Assembly: GCA_963833985.1 (NCBI GenBank)
Contig: CAWIAD010000001.1
Span: forward strand, 2,848,001 to 2,912,000
Direction: 5' to 3'
Length of the DNA: 64,000 nucleotides
Source of the DNA: an uncultured Planctomycetaceae bacterium
GTDB taxonomy: Bacteria; Planctomycetota; Planctomycetia; Isosphaerales; Isosphaeraceae
Made by a program: the position numbers and the translations under genes. Shown here piece by piece: positions 1 to 10,375 of the stretch (positions within the stretch are counted from its first letter, which is position 1; every line of letters begins with the position of its first letter). Under the pieces are notes generated by a model, which had not been told where the DNA came from, did not search any database, and saw nothing but the letters and a program-made list of their open reading frames with translations.

Positions 1-23
1 GACGATCCCTGCCGCCCGCCTTC

Positions 24-1303
24 CTACGGCAGGTTTCTGCGCCTGCCAGCGCCTCCTGCACTCGCTGGAAGGCCCGGCGCCGGGTTCGTCTTGTTCTGCA
101 ACAGACCGCCGGCGTTGATCGGGGGCCTGGGCGGGCCGCCGATCCAGAAGTCGAGCACCGGAGAGGAATCGTCCAGAAGTAACGGGGCCGAGCCGCCGGG
201 CTCGGGGCGCATCGGTCGCGGAGCCGCAGCCGACGATGGAGCCGTGGGAACAGGCGCTGACCGTGGCACGGCGGGCGGGTCGAGGTCGGATCGCGGGGCG
301 GGCTCGGTCGCGCAGTCGCGTTCGGAGCGCCGGATCATCGGCAGATCGCGTTCCTTCCGCAAACGCTCCAGCTTTGTCCAGGCCGAGCGAAACAACCGAT
401 CGGCGGCCGCTTCATAGCGGCGCAGGCGCGTCCCCTCGGGCCCCAGGTCCAGCTCAGCTCCCGATTGCCAGCCCTCCAGCCGCGGCCTCTCGACCGCCTC
501 CCAGACCTCGTCATTCTGGCGTTCCAGGTCGGCGACCTGCTCCGCGATGAGCGCCCGCAATTCCGTCACCGCCTCGTCCGAGCCCGACCGGGCCTCCGGC
601 GCAGAGCCTGCAAGCTGGCTGCCTGGCGATCCAGGTGGCGCAGCTCCGTCGGCAGGCCCAGCAGGTCCAGCGCCAGGGCCAGGTCGGCATCGGTCCAGGA
701 GCAGCCCGGCCCGCCTTTGCCCTTCCCCTCGCCCTCGCTCTCGCCCTCGTGCTCAACCTCGCCCTCCTCGGTGCCGCGGAGGCCATTGCCCAGCAGCCGC
801 CAGCGGCCGATCAGCCAGTCGCAGCCGGTCGAGCTGCGCATCAGGCGGATGACGGTTCCCTCCGGATCGTCGCCCAGCCGGCGGCCAAGCTCGGTCGCCG
901 CAATCAGCTCATCCTGCTCCCAGGTGGCGAACCTGGCGGCGCTGCTGCGGGCGTCATGCTGGATGATCCGCGTGAACAGCACCTCGCGCCGCCAGGCCCC
1001 GAGCGCCATCTGCCGGACCAGCTCGCGTTCGACCGCGTTGCGCGGCCGGAAGTCGCGGCTGAACCCGGCCGCGCGGCGTTCGACCTCCGCGGCCGCGTCC
1101 GGCGGCAGGACGACCCCCGCGCCGGTGAGCCCCTCCTTGCAGCCATTGCGCCGGCTGCGTTCCTTGCCTGCCGTGGAAGTCGGCCCGCGCGACAGCCGCC
1201 CATTGGCCCGGCTGGCCTCGGCCCGTGCCCTGCTGGGACCAGGGCAAATCGTGGTGGCGGCAGTGGAAGTGGAATCGAGCGGTTCGGCGAGCGCGGCGAG
1301 CAT
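24..1303 (-). CDS. Planctomycete-type hypothetical protein (SRANGRLSRGPTS...SRRNG..GLT family), split by an apparent frameshift near 570-600
   Basis: ORFs 566..1372 and 24..569 overlap and read as one protein; ATG at 1303 is preceded by AAGGAG. Confidence 0.6.
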
Positions 1304-1513
1304 CGGCGGCTCCTTTTTCGAGAGGTTTGGGGCGTGTCGTACCTTTGGGGCCTTCTCCCCGCCCCGACTCATCCCACGGCCTCGTCGCCGGATTAAGCTA
1401 TTTTAAGCGATCAATCGACAAAGTCAAACTGGGCAGGTTGAGGATCTGCGCTGATCCCATCGCGAGGCGCAGGCCAGTGGTCGGGAAACGGGTCGCTTCG
1501 GCCGAAAACAGCG

Positions 1514-1797
1514 GTGACCACGTCTGTGTGGGCGTGGCTCGTACGGAGGCACTCTCCAGCCTCAACCGTGAGGGCGGGCCGGTTCAGGGGCTGGTCGGGC
1601 TCACGCCCGAGGTTGGAGGCTCCGCCCGTCCGAACCACGGCCTGACGACCGTGGTCAACGTTGCCAGACTCCCATGCTGCCTGGAACTGAGTGGTCCCAG
1701 CCGAGAAGTGCGGTCACGACGTCCGTGAGATCGCGGTGACCACGTCCGTGAGGGCGTGGTTCGGACGGGGGCACCCCCCAACCTCGCCCGTAAGGGC
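1514..1797. repeat. Cluster of REP-like repeat family A: degenerate inverted copy, forward copy 1579-1671, inverted copy ~1736-1797
   Basis: TCAGGGGCTGGTCGGGCTCACGCCCGAGGTTGGAGGCTCCGCCCGTCCGAACCACG recurs at 3916-4008 and, inverted, at 45892-45966. Confidence 0.85.
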
Positions 1798-1863
1798 GAT
1801 CCGGCCGGCCGTCGCTTTCGGCTTGGACTGTCCACCGGGGCGAAGCTCTGCAGTGCAGCGCCC

Positions 1864-2032
1864 TCATAGAGCCCACAATGCATGTCCTCTTCCGCTTCAT
1901 AGAGCCCACAATGCATGTCCTCTTCCGCTTTCTCCTCTTCCGCTTTCCTCTTCCGCTTTCTCACAATGCATGTCCTCTTCCGCTCCTCCATGTCCTCTTC
2001 CGCTCCTCTTCCGCTTTCCTCTTCCGCTTTCT
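1864..2032. repeat. Nested pyrimidine-rich array: 8 copies of CCTCTTCCGCT with variable 5' extensions (TGCATGTCC x3)
   Basis: Counted directly; copies start at 1886, 1919, 1934, 1947, 1974, 1994, 2005 and 2018. Confidence 0.95.
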
Positions 2033-2104
2033 GCATTTGCTTTAAACGGCCGGGGACTGATGCCGCGACCACGCGCCGGGTTTCGGCCCATCACAGCTTG
2101 CCCT

Positions 2105-2464
2105 TTACAGACCCGGCCGCTGCTCGATCTCGGCGGGGTGCTGTTTCTGGTGACGCTGCTGCGCTTCGCGGGCTTGATCGGGGAACTCTTCAATCGTCCA
2201 GAGGTAGGCGGAAGCCGTGCGATCCGGGTTGTGCCGGCGCTGCTCCCAGTGCTGCAAGGTCTTGAGAGGGATTCCGTAAGCGCGAGAAAAAACCGCCTGG
2301 CTCATGCCAAGTCCTTCGCGGATCGCTTTCGCATCGGCAAACTCAATGACCGTCGCGCGGCCTTTGCTGGACTCGCCGTTGATATGCGCGACGACTTCCT
2401 CCATGCCTGCAATGAGCTGCTTGTCGAATTCCGTAAGCGAACCGGTTTTCTTGCTCATGGTCAT
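2105..2464 (-). CDS. HigA-like XRE/HTH antitoxin
   Basis: AKAIREGLGMSQAVFSRAYGIPLKTLQHWEQRR HTH; overlaps the toxin stop by 4 nt. Confidence 0.85.
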   Translation of the reverse strand: MTMSKKTGSLTEFDKQLIAGMEEVVAHINGESSKGRATVIEFADAKAIREGLGMSQAVFSRAYGIPLKTLQHWEQRRHNPDRTASAYLWTIEEFPDQAREAQQRHQKQHPAEIEQRPGL

Positions 2465-2732
2465 TTCTCCTTCTGTTTCGCCTTGATGCTGGCCTTTGCC
2501 GCCTCTGCCAGCCTGGCGAGGATCGCCATGGCGGCGGGTGAATGGCTTGCTTGCGCGGCCTTTGCATAAGCCATGAACAGGTAGAGAGGCGCCGTCTCAT
2601 TATAGTAGTAATAGATGACCCGCGCTCCTCCGCGCTTCCCCATGCCGGCCCGGCCCCACCGTAGCTTTCGCAATCCGCCCGTGCCGGGGATTTCCTCACC
2701 GGCAAGCGGGTTGCGGGCGACGTAATCCTTCA

Positions 2733-3654
2733 GAGGGAGTTCGGAAACTTGGGTGGTCTGGACAGATTTTCTGAATTGAGCAGAATCTTCTCAGGGGAAG
2801 GGTAGTCATCGAACAAGGGCGGAGCCCGATCATGGACGAGCGCACGACGCGGAAGGCGTATGAGAGCGATCTTACTGACGAAGAGTGGAGGATTGTCGAA
2901 CCGCTCCTTCCTGCAGGGAAGTTCGGCGGCCGGCCGCGCACTACAAACATCCGCGAGGTGCTCAATGCGGTCTTCTACTTGTTGCGAACGGGATGCGCCT
3001 GGCGACTCTTGCCCCACGACTTTCCACCGGCGGGCACAGTCTACGATTACTTTCGAGCGTGGTCCCGTGACGGAACTCTCCAACGAGTTCACGACATTCT
3101 TCGTCGACGGGTTCGTGTTGCAGCGGGCCGAAACGAGGAGCCCAGCGCGGCGTGCATTGACAGCCAATCGGCAAAGACAAACGAGCAAGGGGGGATCGAT
3201 GGATACGATGCCGGGAAGAAGATCATGGGGCGCAAGCGTCACATCCTGGTGGACACCATGGGGCTGATTCTGGCTGTGGTCGTTCATTCGGCAGGTATCC
3301 AGGATCGGGACGGGGCGAAGGCAGTTTTCGATGCGATCAGGAACGACCTGCCACGGCTGCAGTTGGTCTGGGCCGACGGCGGCTACGCAGGCAAATTGGT
3401 GGAGTGGGTCAAGAGCGAGTGTGGTTGGGTCCTGGAGATCGTGAAACGAACGGACGACGTCAAGGGTTTTAAGCTCCTGCCCCACCGCTGGGTCGTGGAG
3501 CGAACCTTCGCCTGGTTGGGACGGTTTCGCCGAATGAGCAAGGATTATGAGTTCCATCCAGAAACGTCAGCGTCAATGATTCATCTTGCTATGATCAACA
3601 TTATGGTGCGTCGGCTTGCTGCTGCCTAAACCGCGCAACTTTCCAAACTCCCTC
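2733..3654 (+). mobile_element. IS5-family (IS1031-like) insertion sequence, copy 1, 922 bp
   Basis: TIR GAGGGAGTTCGGAAA / TTTCCAAACTCCCTC; TCA target duplication at 2730-2732 and 3655-3657. Confidence 0.95.
2832..3629 (+). CDS. IS5-family DDE transposase
   Basis: [53 protein letters not shown]. Confidence 0.95.
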   Translation: MDERTTRKAYESDLTDEEWRIVEPLLPAGKFGGRPRTTNIREVLNAVFYLLRTGCAWRLLPHDFPPAGTVYDYFRAWSRDGTLQRVHDILRRRVRVAAGRNEEPSAACIDSQSAKTNEQGGIDGYDAGKKIMGRKRHILVDTMGLILAVVVHSAGIQDRDGAKAVFDAIRNDLPRLQLVWADGGYAGKLVEWVKSECGWVLEIVKRTDDVKGFKLLPHRWVVERTFAWLGRFRRMSKDYEFHPETSASMIHLAMINIMVRRLAAA

Positions 3655-3754
3655 TCAGAGCGTCAAGCTCGGCCGCGGACCATAGCGCCGCCGCCTGCTT
3701 GATGAAGGATTCCGTCTCGATGACGGTGTTACCGATATTCGATTTCATCGGACA

Positions 3755-3783
3755 ACTCTACTCGGATTGAGGACAAACGACAA
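3755..3783 (-). promoter_or_regulatory. Putative sigma70 promoter of the left TA operon (TTGTCG-N17-TAGAGT), likely leaderless
   Basis: -10 box ends 6 nt before the ATG at 3748; no SD sequence. Confidence 0.45.
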
Positions 3784-3915
3784 GGAGGCGGGACGATGGC
3801 GCCATCCACGTCGGCGGATGTTGCCACGCACATTCTCAGCCGATCGCAGATGAGCGGCCGATCTTCGTGTGTTGCAGTCGCCTGGTTTAGCGCTGGATCC
3901 TGCCGTGACGGCGTT

Positions 3916-4008
3916 CCGGTTCAGGGGCTGGTCGGGCTCACGCCCGAGGTTGGTGGCTCCGCCCGTCCGAACCACGGCCTGACGACCGTGGTCACCGTTG
4001 CCAGGCTC
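3916..4008 (+). repeat. Repeat family A, direct copy of 1579-1671; a partial further copy lies at ~4247-4298
   Basis: 93 bp with 3 mismatches to 1579-1671. Confidence 0.9.
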
Positions 4009-4027
4009 ACGTGCTCCCAGGATCTAG

Positions 4028-4234
4028 TGTCTCCGGCCATAAGTAATGCCCGAAATTGGCTGAGTCCAACGAAGAGCTACGTGATCATTCTTGACGGCAA
4101 GCTGAAGAGCGGGGCTACACAGAAGCCTGTTTTCCCTGGGTTTTCACGACCTGCAGAATTGACCCTGGATCATCAGTACGGGCAGAATCCACACTTGAGT
4201 CTGGATTTTCAGGCATTACTTATGGCCGGAGACA
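4028..4234. mobile_element. 207-bp MITE, possibly IS630-derived
   Basis: 28-bp TIR TGTCTCCGGCCATAAGTAATGCCYGAAA; CTAG on both sides (4024-4027, 4235-4238); no transposase inside. Confidence 0.85.
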
Positions 4235-4391
4235 CTAGAGATGCGGACCACGGCCTGGCGACCGTGGTCACCGTTGCAGACTCACGTGCTCCCAGGATTC
4301 AGAGATGATTCACGCGTTTTCTCTCTGGTGGTCCTTGTGACCCTGGCCGTTCCATCGTCCGCTTTCACACCGTGTTCCCGACGGACAGGTT

Positions 4392-6231
4392 TCAATGGAT
4401 CTGGCCTGTCGCGGGGGCGGGAGCGAGGGCTGCGAACAGCTCGGGGAGTTCTTGCTCGTACCGCTTCCAGCGGGCGAGCGAGCTCGTGTAGAGCGGTTGA
4501 CGGACCTGTGCGCCGCTCACCGTTCGAACCGGCCGTTGCGTGTGATGGAAGTCAAGACAGGCCGGGTCCCAGTCGAGGCCCAGGACCGCAAGCAGGCGGC
4601 GGGCCACGCCTTCCAGGTCGGATACAAGCCCCTCGTAGTCGACCTCGTGGATCGTTGCCGGCAAGACCGTCCGCCAGTGGTTCAGGAGCCGGAGGTAAGC
4701 ACCGAAGCTGGCGGCAATGTGGCCGGGGTCGCTGGCCCACCTGATGTCGCGGAAGTCCGCCGTCCAGCAAGAAAAGCGCCACATCCCGGAGGTCGCGTCG
4801 GCAATGAATGATGGTGGCGGCCGGGAACATCGCGGCGATCAAGCCGAGGTACAGATAATTCTCGGGCATCTTGTCGATGACACGATCGGCGCGGGCGTCG
4901 GACCCGGCCTGGAGCCGGGCGGTATAGGTCCTGGCCAGGCGGTGTACGATCGGTGCGTCGAGGAGGCGGACGCAATCGACGGGCGCGGCGGTGGACTCCA
5001 GAATGGTGGGGAGCGAGTCAAACAGCCGCCGGCACAGCAGAAGTTCCCCGGCGCCATGGATCCGGGAGTGGCTGGCCAGGACCTGTTCCAGCAGGGTCGT
5101 GCCCGAGCGCGGCAGGCCGACGATGAACACCATCTGCTTCGTGTCCATTCCCGATCCGGCGGTTCGCGAGAAGAAGTCCGGGCCGAACGCGCGGATCAGC
5201 CCGTCCACGAACCGCTCGTGCTCGGCCGGCTGGAAGCAGAGATGGGCGGGGGTCAGGGCCAGGTTCAAGGCGTTCGCCTCGCGCAGGCAGGCGACGGCGC
5301 GTGAGTATTCGCCGCGCGCGTCGTGGACCTGGCCCAGGGCGAAAAGGAGGCGGATGCGAGAATCTCTGCCTGTTCCCGGGTCATCAAGCCTTGCCCGGAT
5401 CGCATCGACGTCGTCGTCAGGCAGCGTGCCACGAAGGATCCACGCCAGCCGCGCACGCGCCCGGTCGTTGGCCGGCTGAAGACCGAGCGCGGCCCGGAAA
5501 GCGGCCGCGGCCTGATCGAGGTGGCCTTGCTCCTGGAGGAACTCACCAAGCTCAACGCGCGCCTCGGCGGAGTCAGGCTCGACCGCAACCGCAGACAGGT
5601 AATGGGCCGCGGCCTCGTCCGGCCGGCCCAGTTCCCTGAGTGCACGACCAAGTGCGATGTGCGGGCGCGCCCGGTGGCCAGGGCTGAGCGTGAGCACGCG
5701 CTCCCAGCAGCGAATTGCCGGTCGGAACTGCTCCAGCCTCTCGTGCAATTCGGCCAGGTGTTCCCAGAATTGCGGGCGATCCGGTTCCAGCTTCGCGGCC
5801 CTGGACAGCAAGGGCCAGGCCTTGTCGAGCCGGTTTTCCTGGAGGTAGACCAGGCCGAGGCTGGCGTGGGCCGCAGCCATGCGGGGGGCGAGCCGGATCG
5901 CTTCCAGGTACGCACGCCGGGCCTCCTCGAGCCGGCCCGCAGCTCGAAGGGCGTTCCCAAGGTCATTGTGACCCTCGGGAAAGTCCCCCCGGAGCGACAA
6001 GGCCCGGCCGATCAACCGGGCGGCCCCGGTGTGATCTCCCTGCTGGTGACGAGCAAGCCCGAGGAGATGCAGGGCCCTGTCGTTCGCCCCGTCGCTCACG
6101 ATGACTTGCTCAGACAACGCGATGGCAGCCGGCAGATTCCCTGCATGGTGGGCAGCCAGGGCGGCATCGAGGTCGGACGTCGCCCCGCGGGTGATGCGGC
6201 CCCTTTCGAGTTGCAAGGCTTGACCATCCAT
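4392..6231 (-). CDS. TPR-repeat sulfotransferase family protein (frameshift near 4765)
   Basis: N-terminal TPRs; FIVGLPRSGTTLLEQVLASHS, IDKMPEN; C-terminus (TVSGAQVRQPLYTSSLARWKRY) in ORF 4392..4784. Confidence 0.85.
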
Positions 6232-6493
6232 GATCGGAGACCGGCTCCTCCAGCCGAGCGACGGTCCTGGCCATCCGGGACTGCCTCCCGCGTTCGGACC
6301 AGGGCAAGGATCTTAGTCGACCCCCGTCCGAGCGCGAATGGCAAAGCGACGCGACCCATCCCCCGAGGATTCAAAACAGGGATGGAACCGGAACCGCATC
6401 TCGCTCGAGCGAGCTATCCTTCCTTCAGGTGCGGGCATCGCGGAGGCACCCCTTCAAGAAAGCCACCGGCACGAACCGTTGAAGAGAGGTCCC

Positions 6494-6727
6494 ATGAACC
6501 TGAGCCTCCCGAACATCCTGATCATGCTGGTCGGATCAGGGGTCGGCTACGTGTACCTGAGCTGGGCTCGTACGGAGTCGGATGTTCCTCTCGCCGTCTC
6601 GGGCCTCGCCCTGATGGTCTACAGCTACTTCGTCTCTGCGCTGGTCTGGCTCGTGCTGATTGGCGCCCTGCTGGCGATCGCGCCCTTCGCCTACAGACGC
6701 TTCCCCTGGGGCAAGGCCAGGGGGTAA
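6494..6727 (+). CDS. Small membrane protein
   Basis: 77 aa, mostly hydrophobic; GAGG SD upstream. Confidence 0.6.
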   Translation: MNLSLPNILIMLVGSGVGYVYLSWARTESDVPLAVSGLALMVYSYFVSALVWLVLIGALLAIAPFAYRRFPWGKARG

Positions 6728-6791
6728 CGGCAAAGGCGGCCCTGCGAGTGTAGTTGTCGTGTGCCGGTCAACCCTGGGGATCGAGGCGCTC

Positions 6792-8180
6792 TCAGACCGA
6801 CTCGCAGACCGCGTTGATCTCGTCGAGGATCTGCCGCATCGTCTGGGTGCGGTTGCGGGGGTCGGGCTCGAGCATGGGCTGGATCAGCGAGCGGAAGGGT
6901 TCGGGAGTTTCGGCCGCCAGGCCGGCGGGGTCGATCGAGCGGATCTGCTCCAGGACCTCGAGCACATGCGCGGCGGGGAAGGCCGACTTGCCGGTGGAGA
7001 GCTCGTACAGGACCACGCCGAGTGAGAAAACGTCGCTGGCGAAATTGGCCGGCTCGCCGCGGGTTTGCTCGGGGGCAAGGTAGCGCGGGGTGCCGAACAT
7101 CCCCTCGCTCGATTCGGCAAGGCCCAGTTCGTCGGTGTCTCCGGGGTTGAGCGGGCGCAGGCGGCGGAGCCGGCGGGCCAGGCCGAAATCGAGGATCTTC
7201 ACGATGCCGTCGCCGCTGACCATCACGTTCTCCGGCTTCAGGTCGCCGTGCACGATACCCGCCTCGTGCGCCACGGCCATGCCGGCGGCGATCTGCCGGC
7301 TGATCGAGAGCAGGCTTTCGAAGGCCAATAACTCACCTCGCGGCAGGTTCGAGAGCGGCTGGCCGGGCACGTACTCCATGGCGATGATGGGCACGCCCGC
7401 CGTGTCGTCCACCGCGTAGATGACGCACACGTTGGGGTGGTTGAGCGCCGCCGCGGCACGGGCCTCGGCCAGCGCCGTACTGGGTGTCACCGGGCAATCA
7501 GGTTTGAAAACCTTAAGCGCCACCGGCCTGTCAAGCTGGAGGTCGCGCGCCCGGTACACTCTGGCGAAGGTGCCCGAGCCGATCTCGGATTCAACCAGGT
7601 AATGCGAGAAGAAATGCCCGGGCTGGAGCGAGGCGTACGGGTCCAGGTGCGACTGGTCAGGCATCCAGTCCTCACGGCAGAGCCCGCCCGATTGCAGGGC
7701 CATGAGCACGCGCAGCACTTCCTGGCTGCGCCGGCCCACACTCAGCCCGTGCACGACCTGGTACTGCACCATCCCTTCCGGATCGATGAGAAAGAGGCCC
7801 CGTACGGCGATCTGCTGGCGGACCTGATAGACGTGGTAAGCCTGTGAGACGGCACCGTCGGCGTCGCTGGCGAGCGGGAAGTTGAGGCCGCCGAGACCGC
7901 CGCGCGCCACGGGAGTGGCCATCCACCGCTCGTGCAGGTCCACCGGGTCGCAACTGACGCCGAGGATGTCGCACTGGTGCTTCTCGAACTCGTCGTAGCG
8001 CTGGCTCAGGCTCATCAGCTCGGTCGGGCAGATGAGCGAGAAATCACGCGGATAAAAGAGCAAGAGCAGCCAGCGGCCGCGGTAGTCTTGCAGCGCGACA
8101 CGGGTGCGAGACGGATCCGGAAACCGGGTGCACGGCAGCGCAAACGCGGGAGCGGGGTTGCCGATCAGGGTCGAAAACAT
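6792..8180 (-). CDS. Peroxiredoxin (AhpC/TSA)-Ser/Thr protein kinase fusion
   Basis: N-half FYPRDFSLICPTE...GLCREDW; C-half IGSGTFARVY, VALK, HGDLKPEN, DFG, APE, SDVFSLG. Confidence 0.9.
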   Translation of the reverse strand: MFSTLIGNPAPAFALPCTRFPDPSRTRVALQDYRGRWLLLLFYPRDFSLICPTELMSLSQRYDEFEKHQCDILGVSCDPVDLHERWMATPVARGGLGGLNFPLASDADGAVSQAYHVYQVRQQIAVRGLFLIDPEGMVQYQVVHGLSVGRRSQEVLRVLMALQSGGLCREDWMPDQSHLDPYASLQPGHFFSHYLVESEIGSGTFARVYRARDLQLDRPVALKVFKPDCPVTPSTALAEARAAAALNHPNVCVIYAVDDTAGVPIIAMEYVPGQPLSNLPRGELLAFESLLSISRQIAAGMAVAHEAGIVHGDLKPENVMVSGDGIVKILDFGLARRLRRLRPLNPGDTDELGLAESSEGMFGTPRYLAPEQTRGEPANFASDVFSLGVVLYELSTGKSAFPAAHVLEVLEQIRSIDPAGLAAETPEPFRSLIQPMLEPDPRNRTQTMRQILDEINAVCESV

Positions 8181-8322
8181 CGCCGGGTTCTGGTTCCAAA
8201 TGCAGAATAGACAAGGTCTTGAAATCGGCGGGGAGGCCGTTTCGCGACCGGGACGGCCGCGTCTTGGAGGCTGCTGGATTCTAAGCAGCAAGGCAAGCCC
8301 TGCCCAGACCCGTTCGCTGCAT

Positions 8323-8958
8323 TCAAAAGCCGGCTGGCCTTTCCACCTCAGCGAGTTCCCCCGTGAGCCGCAGCAGGTGCTCGCGCACGTCCGGCGGCCA
8401 GGCGGCGATCAACTCGCGAAGGCGGTTCAGGTTGGCGGCGAAGAGAGCGCGGGTGGCTTCCTCGAAATCCGGCAAGTTCCCGGCAATGGCCGCCATGAAG
8501 CGGTATGCCGATTCCTGGATGCCGCGGATGCGATCTTTGCCCTCGTTGGCGCGGCGGGCTTCCTCAACCAGCTTGCGTAGGGCAACCGACGCGCCGCCGG
8601 GCTGCCCATTGAGCCAGTTCCAGTGGCGGGGCAGCAGCGTCACCTCGCGTGCGACGACGCCCAGCTTCGGCCGGCCCGGGCCGCGCGGCGGTTCTTGCGC
8701 GGGCGGTTGGTTCTCGGCAGCCGGTTCTGGTGCGGGTGCGGGTGCGGGGTGCTCAAACCGCTCCAGGACATCCTCGATCGTCCCACGGAAATCCACCTCC
8801 AGCTGCTCGCTGGTGGCGTCATCAAAAATCAGGACCGGTTCCGGGCCGCGCCGGTCGATGACCTCCTTGGTTCGCCTGGCCACCGCGCCAAGCTCGCCTG
8901 AGGCAATCCGCCGGAAGCCCTCGAACGCTGTGCATCGCATCTCAATCTTGTATGGCAT
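8323..8958 (-). CDS. DUF2239 family protein
   Basis: GPGRPKLGVVAREVTLLPRHWNWLNGQPGGASVALRKLVEEAR motif. Confidence 0.85.
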   Translation of the reverse strand: MPYKIEMRCTAFEGFRRIASGELGAVARRTKEVIDRRGPEPVLIFDDATSEQLEVDFRGTIEDVLERFEHPAPAPAPEPAAENQPPAQEPPRGPGRPKLGVVAREVTLLPRHWNWLNGQPGGASVALRKLVEEARRANEGKDRIRGIQESAYRFMAAIAGNLPDFEEATRALFAANLNRLRELIAAWPPDVREHLLRLTGELAEVERPAGF

Positions 8959-9240
8959 CGCCGTCGAACCTCGTTGTTCAAGTCAGACGCCCATTTTGCC
9001 CGGATAAAACCCGGAAGTCAAGGAAGATGCCAGACCCATTCCCCACGGAACGGGTGTCCGCGGTTCTGGACCTCTGGAAATCCATGCACGCCAAAGAAAG
9101 AAGAAAAAAGGAGGAAACCACGAGCCCCGTCCGGTAGGATGGTGTATCTTGGTCTTGGATCAACGCGCACAGGAATCGACAGCGCTGGCAGGCGCGAAAG
9201 CTGGACGGGCTTCGCACGGCTGGCAGAGGAGCATTGCACC

Positions 9241-9444
9241 GTGGCATCCATCTCCCAGCAGGTCGAGGAGCGGGTCCGGCAGGCGACCCACGGAGCGATC
9301 CGACAGCTCGTCGTGCGTGAAGAACGGGGAAGAATCCTGCTTCAAGGGCGTGCGCCCACGCAATATACGAAGCAGCTTGCGCTCTGCGGTGCCCTGCAAT
9401 TCGTCTCGGGCGAGCAACTGCGCGCCGAGATCACGGTGGGCTGA
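9241..9444 (+). CDS. Small BON-like domain protein
   Basis: GTG start after GAGGAG; IRQLVVREERGRILLQGRAPTQYTKQLA. Confidence 0.6.
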   Translation: MASISQQVEERVRQATHGAIRQLVVREERGRILLQGRAPTQYTKQLALCGALQFVSGEQLRAEITVG

Positions 9445-9499
9445 CGGCTCCAGGCACCGGATGTGCTTGTGATTCGCCTGGGGAGGGCGAATCGGGGTC

Positions 9500-10375
9500 A
9501 TGGCAGAGCCGCGGAAGGATGCGAACGGGCTCGAAGCGGCAAGCCAGATCGGGCTGGCCGCGGTCGGGACTTCCGGTTTTTCCTATCGCGACTGGAAAGG
9601 GGTTCTTTACCCCGAGTGGCTCCCCACGCGGGACTGGTTCCACTATTACGCCACTCGCTTCGCCACCGTGGAGATCAACCTCACGTTCTACCGCCCGCCG
9701 ATGGCGAAGATGCTCGAGCGCTGGAGGACCTCTGCTCCGCCCCGTTTCGCGTTCGTGCTCAAGGCCAGCCGGGTGATTACCCATGAGCGCCGGCTGCTGG
9801 GCTGCGGGGACGACCTGGAGCGCATGGCGGCGAGCTACCAGCCGCTCGGCGAGCAACTGGCCTGTGTTTTGTTCCAGTTGCCGCCGTCGCTGCGGCAGGA
9901 TCACGCGCGGCTGGAGCCTTTTCTCGCCGCGACCGCGGTCCACTTCGAGCGGGCCTCGCTGGCGCCGCGGCTGGCAATCGAGTTCCGGCACCCCAGCTGG
10001 AACACCCGGCGCACGCTCGATCTCCTGCTCCGGCACGGCTGTGGCCTGGTGTTCCATGACATGGAGGACGCCGGAGGCTGGCACTGGCGCGATGGCAGGC
10101 TGACGGCAGGCGAGCTGTCGCTGGGCGTCGCGGAACTGTGTGCGCTGCCTTCACCCTTGTTATACCTGCGTTTCCACGGCACCACCGGCAAGTATGCCGG
10201 CGAGTACGGCCAGGAACGGCTGGAACCCTGGGCACATCTGGCGCGGAGCGGTGCCGCGCGGCAGATCCCCGTGCACGCCTATTTCAACAACACGCAAGCC
10301 GGTGCCGCGGTGCGCGACGCGTTGAAGCTGGGGGAGATGCTGGGACGCGAAGGGTCAACTCCGCATCAATTGTAG
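9500..10375 (+). CDS. DUF72 (YecE-like) protein
   Basis: VGTSGFSYRDWKGVLYP, TVEINLTFY, EFRHPSW, YLRFHG, YFNN. Confidence 0.9.
   Translation: MAEPRKDANGLEAASQIGLAAVGTSGFSYRDWKGVLYPEWLPTRDWFHYYATRFATVEINLTFYRPPMAKMLERWRTSAPPRFAFVLKASRVITHERRLLGCGDDLERMAASYQPLGEQLACVLFQLPPSLRQDHARLEPFLAATAVHFERASLAPRLAIEFRHPSWNTRRTLDLLLRHGCGLVFHDMEDAGGWHWRDGRLTAGELSLGVAELCALPSPLLYLRFHGTTGKYAGEYGQERLEPWAHLARSGAARQIPVHAYFNNTQAGAAVRDALKLGEMLGREGSTPHQL

Larger units (their letters stand above)
2461..3748 (-). pseudogene. RelE/HigB-type toxin interrupted by an IS5-family element
   Basis: Removing 2733-3654 and one TCA restores MKSNIGNTVIETESFIKQAAALWSAAELDAL|KDYVARNPLAGEEIPGTGGLRKLRWGRAGMGKRGGARVIYYY. Confidence 0.9.

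Noticed and set aside
1584..2072. Glu/Lys/Arg-rich ORF (AEEDMHCGLYE repeats)
   Set aside because: It is the translation of the stutter array and repeat A; no sign of a real gene.
2730..3557. Antisense ORF across the IS5 (also 45766..46791)
   Set aside because: Shadow of the transposase; no independent motif support.
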